Assembly: GCA_026397315.1 (NCBI GenBank)
Contig: JAPLVC010000004.1
Span: 1 to 64,000 of the forward strand
From: Candidatus Aenigmatarchaeota archaeon
Lineage (GTDB): Archaea; Aenigmatarchaeota; Aenigmatarchaeia; QMZP01; QMZT01
Direction: 5' to 3'
DNA length: 64,000 nt
The position numbers and the translations under genes are program-made. Position 1 is the first letter of the stretch; each line of letters starts with the position of its first letter. The notes under the pieces were generated by a model. It was not told the DNA's origin. It searched no databases and was given only the letters and a program-made list of their open reading frames with translations. Below are positions 51,301 through 57,934 of this stretch, one piece after another.

Positions 51301-52425
51301 ACGGGAAGCACACCCAACATGGGATTCTTCCTGTTCACATACACCGCGATTGATCCAAACCCGAGCTCCGGCATGCAGCCGCTTCAGGTGATTGGCGGTT
51401 TCGGAGGCATCTGCTCGAACACGCTTCCGGCAGGCTTCTGCATGGTCGCAGGCACGAATGATGCAATACTTAAAGCATGCGACAACGCGGGCAACTGCGT
51501 CAGCCACTCGACTGAAGGCACTGAAACCGACGTGACCCCGCCTTCGATAATCTACTCGAGCCCGAGCGGCAAGATAGAGCAGAACGAAGAGCTTAAACTG
51601 GAAGTAACGACAAACGAGCCGGCATACTGCTATTACGGCACGGAAGACAACTGGGCCACGATGACACAGATGAGCACATCTGTAAACATAGACCATTCGA
51701 TTGACCTTCCAAGCCCGCTTGCAGACGGCCTTTATGTCTACCACGTCCAGTGCAGGGACTTCGCAGGCAACATAATGGACAGCTCGAAAACGATAGTGTT
51801 CTACGTGAACACTGACGGCCAGTACTGCTACAGCACGGACATGACTGCAGGATGGAACACGTTCTTCCTGCCACAGCTGATACTGGACGACATCAACTTC
51901 AACTGCGGCTATGAGCCGTACGAGACAGCTGATGTACTGGGCTCGCTTGAAGGCAAGTACAGCATAGTGTGGTACTACGATGAGAGCGAAGGGTGGCTGT
52001 TCTACACGCCACAATATCCGGAGTTCTCGACACTGACGCAGTTCAGCGACCAGACAAGCAATCCATACTACATAAAGATGACCGGGCCGGCAAAGCTCGG
52101 ACTCCAGTGCGAGGATGAATGTGTCAGCAACTACTGCGGTGATGGCCAAGTCAACGGCGACGAGCAGTGCGAACTTCCTGACGATAATAACAACGAATAC
52201 TGCACCCAGACGACGCAGCAATGCTACCAAGATACTCACAAGACGCAATACAGGGACGCATACGGCTACTGTGATGAATCGTGCGGCTGCATGGAAGATC
52301 AGGAGTGGGGATCGCCCCAGTGCTTAAAGGACAGCTGCGGAGCGACGTGTGGCGGCGACAGCGACTGCTCGCAAGGACAATACTGCAACACAGAAATTTG
52401 CCAGTGTATGAACATACCTGATTAG
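42316..52425 (+). CDS. giant secreted/surface protein (3369 aa). It has an N-terminal signal/anchor helix, two Cys-rich repeats (CGNG..EGCDDGN..DGC), a VWA domain with MIDAS motif, a Cys/Asp-rich block, about 12 tandem modules of roughly 130 aa, and a Cys-rich C-terminus
   Basis: A single uninterrupted ORF preceded by GGTGAGGTGA. VWA motif is LVIDVSGSID...TNWQDAL. The repeated module consensus is VDTQAP..VKT...C...I..DT.I.L.CTDG.PHPVD.V...YK......Y..PF.Y.EDS.H.L.YYCVDALGN.E..HVELD. Confidence 0.85.
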   Translation: MSQMNTNKMKAYVGAVGATKLTAIIVMACILGVFAVSMASVFAESNAQIYTTDIEGIAKLDFTPDSIVYIHGTSFSPNSSISITLTRPGQYSYSESCGPEYCDISNIFGGPPEIETGFDAPQTSNEEGDFVYRYDLDGIVGEYTVTVTDGADVKTFVFTDARNINWAKLNGTSTVTVLPSTSITASVNVTTTSTDHDWKCTKYKIEGGSNITVNHGNHYGQGTYIESFSITAPATPGIYDVSFWAFDDNDCTSGQSIEKKLVDGITVTSPAICGNGVKEGSEGCDDGNTANGDGCNSGCQVETGWACTGTQPSVCTPACGNGIITSPETCDDGNTASSDGCSNVCQTENGWTCTGTPSVCTVANQNLTQSCGIDMALVIDVSGSIDSTELAQMKTALNSFVDAFLPNTPTKIAVIKFDTTATVIHAYSNDATSLKNAINGASGGGYTNWQDALLDTHSLYDHRIDKPDLYVFASDGEPNRYGDPAVSATTPVAVAHAVTEANHIKLHGIRIITLGIGTGGSSSLINNLKAISSNDAYYDTNFETIADDLADLANDLCGGTINVQKFVDGNTAADWQFAVTGGTSNPPSGYTGTDGFITFDIDTSGGNATVSVTETVQNGNSFTSAHCYSDSQHQNEVGTPGQGTVVSIQVGANDAIYCEFNNHHNVCSEYSTEGSCNAQTGLCTWCPQCNQHHQWSSLLGGDQCVPAGACPNPYTCEYGECGAECEDDERPCTAYCDQSLNYYGAGICGNDCTCNYPSPTPCDDGDKCTTDGCSNANGCAPHEPVDCNDNNICTIDSCDPSVGCSNVRIPTETSCTDQIDNDCDGKTDCADTDCAGTPTCFYQRPCDAPTDICQWNKVLPLGSENCCGCNLGFNTYWPLNTQASAECTFTADANMKQKLYISVNNDVIRCTLNGNVIFENQQHEGCAEINPRNGYTVPISPTAGVNTIICEINDRGSMTHFDACVVEKQCFNNADCDNGLYCDGIEYCDQNNQCQPGTPADCSDQFFCTVNERCEEGTSTYECLSDPLDCSGNDIQGIATCTNDPDNYAWTFDFRSLFTSICDDDNNVCTSGSEDISHTCADANATDGGPVILPQGGVSTCTAECDSYGTECQPYLNPANDYCYYNGQCNTNPTVCQCAYSGVPCPDPGYIDENRICHYGERSCTANGCVYRYNDPMGCKDICDPVLGPQDTTGPITDILKITPNPTCGKISFNATITENCTNISDGLYAIDIGIDFCPFPGYGGYQVLPLDDSSYDGDKMQELVGKINLMLTGYNDGRHTLYVRGKNTDGTWGNCDSYGFALDTLAPATESQSITPNMACGSNPYFVARICDPFNESGMCGAEYYIDDFTQGNGEGIPMYPVDGQWNDACEYVYAWVDISQVSEGTHYIKAHGIDCTGCNWGKIENFAPVWFIKDTVAPVSTKTVGTPKIQCSSDVGECWFITQGTEITMNAQDSDPGFGEYSGNLNISSHYPYYQGYVNIYYRQRWKENYDSEEWGTWSSWTLYTGPFKFTEDSLHEIEYYSTDACANNETSKFELDIVDTQPPETAKDVLGPKVAGDGNPIHYYITDDSTIKLTCTDPQPHPVDQVTLNWAVYYSENCTNPTWSSEPIMSGHEQGGYKEITNLQDSCHKIVYSCVDALNNVETEHVEIDAVDNKYPLVEKAVDEPKVPYTLPIQYMGTEPFDVADQAWYVNQNTLITLTCTDQLPHPVDDVKIYYKYYVDGVQHQNWTEYTAPFTYNEDTYHNLYYYCVDALGNKGPTHVELDVVDTQAPTSVKTLTGAKHACTPEEASMYGIADCSFITHDTKVELSCTDGNPHPVDDVELHYKIEWKLNWEGSWQTLRDQTVEDNYTSFYYEDLPVEYQDSFHKLTWYCVDALDNTESQHVELDIVDTQAPQTVKTVSMPKYAGPIGSGIDYYITKDTVINLTCTDGNPHPVDHVTLNWKIYWSSECGPNAVWSIDPIASGAEGDGNVLITNLGDSCHKLVYNCVDQLGNAENTQVEIDAVDNQAPIGTKNVGQPNVPCVGEVECTQFDYWVRDHVTTVTLDCTDAQPHPIGGELMCYKMGYDVPATPDLTQQYCTQFGGKMEADGYCCVDVDGSKNYVFNFTEDSVHTLGYYCKDAFGNANGLDTETFKVDSIAPNTTKTYEGPFYTDGKSDWIDTVSTVKLTATDGGEICHVDGTTTYYAVTQVNESFCYDPAANCQQMHTYEQGVWNTYTSAFPVAESCHLIEFYSVDVLGNKEPIKHQCVFSDHTAPATNKTYGTPLVEAVTGGYPKWITSATPITLTAEDQLPHPSGLKETKYRVTLVNDLNCYEACNAESIGAWNTYTVPFTITEDSCHMIEYFSIDNVQKTEPVKKQCIFVDNKAPISNKTFDGFNVPCSELTCRTEGSCDYYINQNTKIILSCTDQLPHPVDDVKIYYKYTVDDQPHESYSDWTLYTAPIQYNEDSKHTLEWYCEDALGNREQTHTQIERVDTTPPTTVKTFSKPTYPEDLNQNGTIDNEQEQNYWVTSDTAITLTTTDGGPICAAGSSKLYYTVKWDKNCDGDFNDFGEVVINNQHVHVNATTCELKKTLYLEGECLHEIRWHAVDALGNVETEHVQQHKVDNSPPHILILKPVDGWYSKGEDIPAIAEVKDLNSADSPCEQFRNNCNELGENCAVGIEDGAQCYAFLVNLEFLNMNPMEIFDLSDVTRYNLETNGTLLYNAAAQECQGYAVIPENSDVQSGIHIFVVEAEDSLGNYANSIDEIRLAIDQACGGGCWSSDPYDLCEPQCVEDVLQDIITTWNLPKIGIDTNAPEVVITAPVDTEGYYVDKGQLAVSADVTESGITCAITSGTPCYVKIDGTSIGTLYYDNNEKECTGTLVVPEDVPNGMEVPLTVEVSDNCGNIGKGVVYVTVDTMNPAPVILAAEDVENPPYDTDGNYDLVWTGGTDTNFKQFDIVIDGTTYYDVTQPYEGLSAEGRHTYKVIATDEVDKIATSNEVVVWVDTVAPGLDVTGSTPNMGFFLFTYTAIDPNPSSGMQPLQVIGGFGGICSNTLPAGFCMVAGTNDAILKACDNAGNCVSHSTEGTETDVTPPSIIYSSPSGKIEQNEELKLEVTTNEPAYCYYGTEDNWATMTQMSTSVNIDHSIDLPSPLADGLYVYHVQCRDFAGNIMDSSKTIVFYVNTDGQYCYSTDMTAGWNTFFLPQLILDDINFNCGYEPYETADVLGSLEGKYSIVWYYDESEGWLFYTPQYPEFSTLTQFSDQTSNPYYIKMTGPAKLGLQCEDECVSNYCGDGQVNGDEQCELPDDNNNEYCTQTTQQCYQDTHKTQYRDAYGYCDESCGCMEDQEWGSPQCLKDSCGATCGGDSDCSQGQYCNTEICQCMNIPD
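46228..50160 (+). repeat. in-frame tandem array of about 12 divergent modules of roughly 330-390 nt each within the giant gene (protein-level repeats)
   Basis: Module starts recognisable at about 46228, 46561, 46940, 47275, 47614, 47983, 48328, 48721, 49066, 49404, 49738 and 50130 (V-D-[TN]-x-[AP]-P motif). Confidence 0.6.
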
Positions 52426-52526
52426 ATGGGCCAAAGAGGCCCTTTCCTCTTTTATTTACTATTCAGGAGGAAAAAGAACCCAAAAGGTATATAAAGATAG
52501 ATTACATATAAAAAGTAAGGTAAACT

Positions 52527-53699
52527 ATGAAAAATAACTTCGCATTATCCGGAATCGTTTTTGTATCTTTGATTTTTGTTTTAGCCCAGTCCGCTTACGC
52601 CACCAGTTTTCCATGCGCTTTCGGCGGAACAGTCACAGTCAACGGTAATCCGATTGCCGGAGAACAGGTTACAGCATATCTGAACGGAACTGGAGTGCTT
52701 GTGGGCGAAGGCAAAAACACGAGCGCCGGATATGGCATCTCGATAGTCGATGCCAGCGACCAGTATGTCTTTTTCAAAGTCATGGGCACGCTTGCCAATG
52801 AAGGTTTGCAAAACTGCGTTGAAGGAACTTTCACACAGCTTAACCTTACGGTGGATGACGGTGATAACGATGGCTACAATGTTCTTGAAGATTGCAACGA
52901 CTCGAATGCGGCTGTGAACCCAGGCGCGGCCGAGATTTGCAACGGCATAGATGACAATTGTAATGGTGTTATTGACGAAGGTTTCAGCGACCTCAACACT
53001 TCATGTACTGTAGGCATAGGAGGCTGCGCGAGAACCGGAGTCAAGATATGTTCTGCTGACAAGCTTTCAGTTGTCTGCAGCGTCACTGCTGGAGCACCGA
53101 GCTACGAAGCATGCGGTGACGGCATAGACAACGACTGCAACGGCCTCACCGACGAGATCTGCGGCGGCGGTGGCGGCGGTGGAGGCGGTGGCGGCTCAAG
53201 CGCTTACTGTGGCGACGGCAATCTCCAGAAATACAGGGGCGAAGAGTGCGAGCTGAACATCGCATGCAACGGCACGGGCCTGACATGCAACCTTACAAGC
53301 TGCAAGTGCGTCGAATGCACCGAGAGCTGGGCATGCGGAGAGTGGGGACAGTGCGCTGGCGGCGTTCAGACGAGGACTTGCGTCGACGCGAACACGTGCG
53401 GCACGGTCCTGCAGAAACCATCCGAGAGCCAGACCTGCACCGGAAGCGGCAGCAGCGGCACCCAGATAACGAATCTTGGCGCGATAGTGTGCGGCAACGG
53501 CGTGTGCAACGACGGCGAAACATGCGAGAACTGCCCGGCGGACTGCCAGTGCGCTGGAGCGAACGCGCAGGAAAATCAGGGCTTCAACATATTAGGCGTA
53601 TTCACCGGAGCGCCCGGCTTGAGCCTGCTTGGCCTGCTTGCGCTGGCAATAATCATAGCGATTCTGTTCTTCACGACGCGCAAGAAGAAAAAGAAGTAA
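52527..53699 (+). CDS. secreted Cys-rich surface protein with MopE-like putative metal-binding repeats, a poly-Gly linker and a PGF-CTERM-like C-terminal anchor
   Basis: Signal peptide ends at AQSAYA; DCNDSNAAVNPGAAEICNGIDDNCNGVIDEG and CGDGIDNDCNGLTDE motifs; GGGGGGGGGGGSS linker; C-terminus GAPGLSLLGLLALAIIIAILFFTTRKKKKK. Confidence 0.7.
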   Translation: MKNNFALSGIVFVSLIFVLAQSAYATSFPCAFGGTVTVNGNPIAGEQVTAYLNGTGVLVGEGKNTSAGYGISIVDASDQYVFFKVMGTLANEGLQNCVEGTFTQLNLTVDDGDNDGYNVLEDCNDSNAAVNPGAAEICNGIDDNCNGVIDEGFSDLNTSCTVGIGGCARTGVKICSADKLSVVCSVTAGAPSYEACGDGIDNDCNGLTDEICGGGGGGGGGGGSSAYCGDGNLQKYRGEECELNIACNGTGLTCNLTSCKCVECTESWACGEWGQCAGGVQTRTCVDANTCGTVLQKPSESQTCTGSGSSGTQITNLGAIVCGNGVCNDGETCENCPADCQCAGANAQENQGFNILGVFTGAPGLSLLGLLALAIIIAILFFTTRKKKKK

Positions 53700-53700
53700 A

Positions 53701-54132
53701 TTATTTTTCTTCTTTTGCTTTTATTTCATCTTCAGTCTTTACTTTAATCCCGTTCTTCTTCAGCAGCGCGGCCGTTATGCCGTCGCCTTTCACCAGTTTT
53801 CCTGAGAACGAGCCGTCGTAGATTTCGCCTGAGCCGCACGAAGGCGATTTGGCCTTTAGTATCGCTTCCTTGCATCCGGCGAGTTTCGCTATTTTCAGCA
53901 TTTCTGCAGCGCCTTTCGCCAGCGCTTTCTTCACATCCCTGCCGTCGCATGCGAAGGCGCGGCCGTTTATGAGTTCGGTTGCCAGCCTGGGAGTGGTCAG
54001 GCCTCCGAGCTGCTCGGGGCAGACTGGAATCGCCTTGCCTTTCCTGACCATTTCCATGACTTTTTTGCTGGATTTGGAATTGCCGTCATACCTGCATTTC
54101 ACGCCCGCGAGGCATGCGCTCACAAGTTTCAT
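53701..54132 (-). CDS. DUF523 (TudS-like) [4Fe-4S]-binding protein
   Basis: SACLAGVKCRYDG N-terminal motif characteristic of DUF523. Confidence 0.7.
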   Translation of the reverse strand: MKLVSACLAGVKCRYDGNSKSSKKVMEMVRKGKAIPVCPEQLGGLTTPRLATELINGRAFACDGRDVKKALAKGAAEMLKIAKLAGCKEAILKAKSPSCGSGEIYDGSFSGKLVKGDGITAALLKKNGIKVKTEDEIKAKEEK

Positions 54133-54142
54133 TGAATCACCG

Positions 54143-54721
54143 TCAAATCATTTTTCTTATCTCTTCGTTGAACCTCTTCGCCCTTTCGAGAGACGTTTTT
54201 GCCTTGTTTTGCATGGCAGACAAGCCCATCTCGTAAGTGAACCTGGCCCTTTTCCTTCTTTCGTGAAAATAATCGTCCATTAATCCCTTGGCTTTTTCCC
54301 TGCCGAGCATCTGGGTCGCGTCTTCCTCCGCGTCGGCGAAGTCTTCCACAATCTTCTTCTGAAGTTTGCCCGTGAGGTAGAAATAATAAACGAACGCGTC
54401 GAACGTAACGGCATGGATCGAATCCTCGGTCTTTATTTTAACTCCTTCATTTTCAAGCAGTGCCCTCGCCATGTAAAACATCGAATAATAACTCGCGTTT
54501 ATCACCCACAGGAAGCCGTTGAAATCCCGGAAGCCGGTTGATTCTTTCAGGTTTTTGTCGGTCGAAACTCCAAAAAGCAAAAGAGCTGACTCCAGCGAAT
54601 TTCTGGCGTTGTCCAGGAAGAACTGCACGAACCTGCTGTCGCCTCCCTTCGTTATGACGCCTCTTCTTATGCAACTCTCGGCATTCCTTTTCGCTTCCCC
54701 TATTCTTTTATCATCTAGCAT
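54143..54721 (-). CDS. HEPN-domain protein (putative toxin of a HEPN/MNT pair)
   Basis: All-alpha 192-aa protein immediately downstream of, and overlapping, the MNT gene; Rx4-6H-like motif near HERRKRARF. Confidence 0.5.
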   Translation of the reverse strand: MLDDKRIGEAKRNAESCIRRGVITKGGDSRFVQFFLDNARNSLESALLLFGVSTDKNLKESTGFRDFNGFLWVINASYYSMFYMARALLENEGVKIKTEDSIHAVTFDAFVYYFYLTGKLQKKIVEDFADAEEDATQMLGREKAKGLMDDYFHERRKRARFTYEMGLSAMQNKAKTSLERAKRFNEEIRKMI

Positions 54722-55319
54722 TTTTCAGCAACCTGTAATAATTTTCAGCGCCGAACAATAAAATATGGCTGTCCAAAGACTCGTTCATGACGTTTGCCTG
54801 ATCCCTTTTGGCGAGCATTTCGCAAGCGCTTTCGACGGATATCGCATTGCAGTCGAATTTCAGGCTGAACCTGGAAGATATCGTATCCATGAATTTTTCC
54901 GCGGCTTCGGTTTTGTTCCCGTCTTCCAATATGATCAGGGTGTCGACGTCCGAGCCTTTCGTTTCCTTGCATTTCGCGTAAGAGCCGAAAAGCAGCATCG
55001 TAAAGTAGTCCATCTTTATCCCTTCAAGCGCGTCCTTTACGAAAAGTCCGATAGTTTTGTTCTTTTCGAGGAATTCTGCCATCCTAAGGCCTTCCACGTA
55101 GCTTAAAATGGAATGATTTTCCTTGTAGTTCAAAGACACCAGGTTGTGGGTATCCTTTTCCAGCAGCTTGTTCTCAATGAGAGCTTTCACGGATCTGTGC
55201 ATAAGCGGATATGGCTTGCCTGCCGTTTCCGCGACCTGTCTTACGCTAAATTTCTCAGTTATTTTCGAGACAAAAATTTTCATTATTGCCAGCTGAGTCT
55301 TGGTTAACATCACTATCAC
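54711..55319 (-). CDS. minimal nucleotidyltransferase (MNT) with N-terminal winged-helix domain (putative antitoxin)
   Basis: LFGSYAKCKETKGSDVDTLIIL (GS-x9-13-DxD) motif; N-terminal HTH; 11-nt overlap with the HEPN gene. Confidence 0.7.
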   Translation of the reverse strand: MIVMLTKTQLAIMKIFVSKITEKFSVRQVAETAGKPYPLMHRSVKALIENKLLEKDTHNLVSLNYKENHSILSYVEGLRMAEFLEKNKTIGLFVKDALEGIKMDYFTMLLFGSYAKCKETKGSDVDTLIILEDGNKTEAAEKFMDTISSRFSLKFDCNAISVESACEMLAKRDQANVMNESLDSHILLFGAENYYRLLKNAR

Positions 55320-55451
55320 TATTTTGATATAATATTATATCTTTTTAGTTATATTTAAGCTTTCATGTTTTTAATATCGCAAAGTATACGCAGGTTATAA
55401 AAAAATATAACCCTGGTATAAAATAAGCAGATTTGAAGGTGACAGTCTCGA

Positions 55452-56144
55452 TTACTCCACTTCCACGCCGGGCATGATCCACTTCCCGCCCAATCGCTTT
55501 CGATTCTCCAGCAGCATCTTGCCGGATATGGCGATTTTGGAGTATTTCGGGTTGAGGCCCAGCAGCCTCGCGAACGAGAGGAGTTCCGACGGCGCCCGCA
55601 GGTCGTACGGGTCGACAGCGCCTGACGTAAGAATGAAGGGAGGCTTGTATTTCCTGACCAGCTTCGCGTTCTCCAGCATGCTCGAGAAAACGTCCGCTCG
55701 CGTCTTCCTGTTAGATATAAGCACGTTCCTCATGTTGAATTCGATAGCTACGTTGTTCTTTTTCGCGAGCTTGGCCATCACAAGATCGATGCCGCCATCG
55801 TTCCTGCCCATTTCCGGGTGCGCTAAAACGTCGATTTCAGGCGTTTCACAAGCGACTCTGTTGACCTCTATGTTGCCTCCGTGGACGAGAATCACTTCGA
55901 CTGCCTTCCGCGCCTTCCTGGCGAGCTTCTGCATCTGGTCGGGGTGGCTGGTCTCGATCTTGAGGCCGAAAGACACGTCTAAGGGGGATTTGGAAGGCAT
56001 GGAGGCGAACTGGTCGCGAAGGGCGGAAACGTCTTCGAGCGACTTGCTTACGAAGCATACGCCTTTCCATCCCATGCGTTCGAGAAGCGTGAGCATGCCG
56101 TTCACGTCGACCTCGGCGTGCACATGATATTCGTAGAAACTCAT
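55452..56144 (-). CDS. rnp3: RNase P protein component 3 (Rpp30, TIM-barrel)
   Basis: MSFYEYHVHAE start; GIDLVMAKLAKKNNVAIEFNMRNVLISN...AKLVRKYKPPFILTSGA aligns to archaeal Rpp30. Confidence 0.7.
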   Translation of the reverse strand: MSFYEYHVHAEVDVNGMLTLLERMGWKGVCFVSKSLEDVSALRDQFASMPSKSPLDVSFGLKIETSHPDQMQKLARKARKAVEVILVHGGNIEVNRVACETPEIDVLAHPEMGRNDGGIDLVMAKLAKKNNVAIEFNMRNVLISNRKTRADVFSSMLENAKLVRKYKPPFILTSGAVDPYDLRAPSELLSFARLLGLNPKYSKIAISGKMLLENRKRLGGKWIMPGVEVE

Positions 56145-56199
56145 GAAACCCCTAATCTATAATTGGTTTAGCGGGGTTTTAAAATAATCAATACAATAA

Positions 56200-56856
56200 A
56201 TGAACGTTATGGCTGGCATGGACGCGGCAACGGACGAATTCTACGAGCGGCGGGAGCGTATGGTATCGGAGCTGGTCACGCAGGGCCTGCTCAGGACTGA
56301 GAAAATAATAAAGGCGTTCCTCGAGGTCCCGAGGCACGTGTTCGGGGGCGAGCAGAACGAACGCTTCGCCTATGGCGATTACCCGATACCCATCCCGGAC
56401 AGCCAGACCGTGAGCGCGCCTCACATGGTCGCGGCCATGACAGAGCTGCTGAGACCTGAAAGGAAGGATAAGGTGCTGGAAATCGGCAGCGGCTCAGGCT
56501 ACCAGGCGGCAATCCTGTCGAAGCTGGTGAAAAAGGTATACACGACGGAGATAAGCCCTGAGCTCGCAGCTTTCGCCAGGTCGAATCTCAAAAAAGCCGG
56601 CGCCAATAACGTCGAAGTCATGCTCGCGGATGGCAGCGAGGGCTACGCTAAAGCGAAGCCATACGATAAGATAATAGTCACCTGCGCCACGCCAGAGATA
56701 TTCGACGCGTGGCTGGCGCAGCTCAAGGTCGGCGGGATTCTGATAGCACCGCTAGGGAGCGGATTCTACCAGGAGCTGATACACATAAAAAAGACTGCCA
56801 AAGGCATTGAAAAAAATAACTACGGCAGCGTGGCTTTCGTGCCGCTGAGAAGGTAA
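56200..56856 (+). CDS. pcm: protein-L-isoaspartate O-methyltransferase
   Basis: VLEIGSGSGYQAAIL SAM motif, DSQTVSAPHMVA motif, about 218 aa. Confidence 0.9.
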   Translation: MNVMAGMDAATDEFYERRERMVSELVTQGLLRTEKIIKAFLEVPRHVFGGEQNERFAYGDYPIPIPDSQTVSAPHMVAAMTELLRPERKDKVLEIGSGSGYQAAILSKLVKKVYTTEISPELAAFARSNLKKAGANNVEVMLADGSEGYAKAKPYDKIIVTCATPEIFDAWLAQLKVGGILIAPLGSGFYQELIHIKKTAKGIEKNNYGSVAFVPLRR

Positions 56857-56861
56857 AAAAT

Positions 56862-57191
56862 TTATTGTAAAGTGTATTTTTCTGGCATGGCGTTCTCAAA
56901 GTTTATGCTCTGTGCTAAAAAGGACATCGAACCGTTTCTATTTGGCACCAAAGACCCTGGCATTATGTCCAGATCTTTTACATCTCCTTTTTGCAAGCCT
57001 CTCATCATGGATGAATATTCTTCAGAACTTAATTCCGTGAGTTTCATCACACCGTTCAATGATTCAGAGCCAATATAAACAGTTTTTGTGGATATGTCCG
57101 CGACTAGATAATTTTGCTCGCCTGTTCTTTTGAAACCTCCGAAAACAAAAACTCTCCTGGCAGATATCGATTCTTCCCTAGTCATTTCCAT
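56862..57191 (-). CDS. hypothetical protein (109 aa)
   Basis: ORF only. Confidence 0.3.
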   Translation of the reverse strand: MEMTREESISARRVFVFGGFKRTGEQNYLVADISTKTVYIGSESLNGVMKLTELSSEEYSSMMRGLQKGDVKDLDIMPGSLVPNRNGSMSFLAQSINFENAMPEKYTLQ

Positions 57192-57204
57192 CTTTACACC
57201 CTAT

Positions 57205-57768
57205 TTATAACTGAACCGTCGGTCTGGCCTTTCCGGCGCTTATCTGAAACGCCTTTTTACCCTTTTGCCCGTAGAAATCAGTCCAGTACGTCCTGCCATA
57301 TTCGGCCTCGTGAAAAGGTCTCGCTTCAACGCCGTCAAAGCCTGCGTTTTTCAGCATCTCAATGATTATTTTTTTATTCATTGCGCCATTGCCGTTTGAA
57401 ACAGCGTTATCTTCATGTATGGAGAATGAAAATTTACCGCCGGATGCCAGCTTTTTCAGAACCAGCTCGAACAACCTCTGATGGTAATCGCCAGAGTTGA
57501 AACCGTTGTTGTAATAGCCCACGGCCATGTTTGAGTAAACGCCATTTACAGAGCCGTCAGGTATTTTTCCCAAACCCTCGATGAAATCCCCTTCCATGTA
57601 TGCGCAGTTTCCTACGCCTTTGGATCTGGCGTGCCTTTGAGATATTGACTCGTTGATGCCCTTGCTTATGCTGTAAAAATCAATCTGAGGAAATCTTGAG
57701 GCATATTGAAATGCCTTGTCATCCCTGGAGCTGTCTCCTAGATGAACCATTTTGTATTTTCCCATCAT
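57205..57768 (-). CDS. hypothetical protein (187 aa), weak methyltransferase-fold resemblance
   Basis: ORF; LFELVLKKLASGGKF is weakly similar to a methyltransferase motif. Confidence 0.3.
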   Translation of the reverse strand: MMGKYKMVHLGDSSRDDKAFQYASRFPQIDFYSISKGINESISQRHARSKGVGNCAYMEGDFIEGLGKIPDGSVNGVYSNMAVGYYNNGFNSGDYHQRLFELVLKKLASGGKFSFSIHEDNAVSNGNGAMNKKIIIEMLKNAGFDGVEARPFHEAEYGRTYWTDFYGQKGKKAFQISAGKARPTVQL

Positions 57769-57934
57769 ACCAACCCTTAATATTAACTACTTTATAGTAG
57801 TATTCTATTACTTATAAAGCTTTTTCCGCCCGTTTCTGGACTAAAAAATGGCGATTTTTATTGCTTACGGGTTAGCCGAAGCTATCCGATTTATGAGAAT
57901 AAAAACAGAGAACAAAAAGAAAGGTGCGGCGCCT

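Noticed and set aside
46861-52248. Long minus-strand ORFs (423 aa, 465 aa and others) inside the giant gene
   Set aside because: They are antisense to an ORF with strong domain content; Val/Arg-rich translations are an artefact of the GC-rich repetitive sense strand
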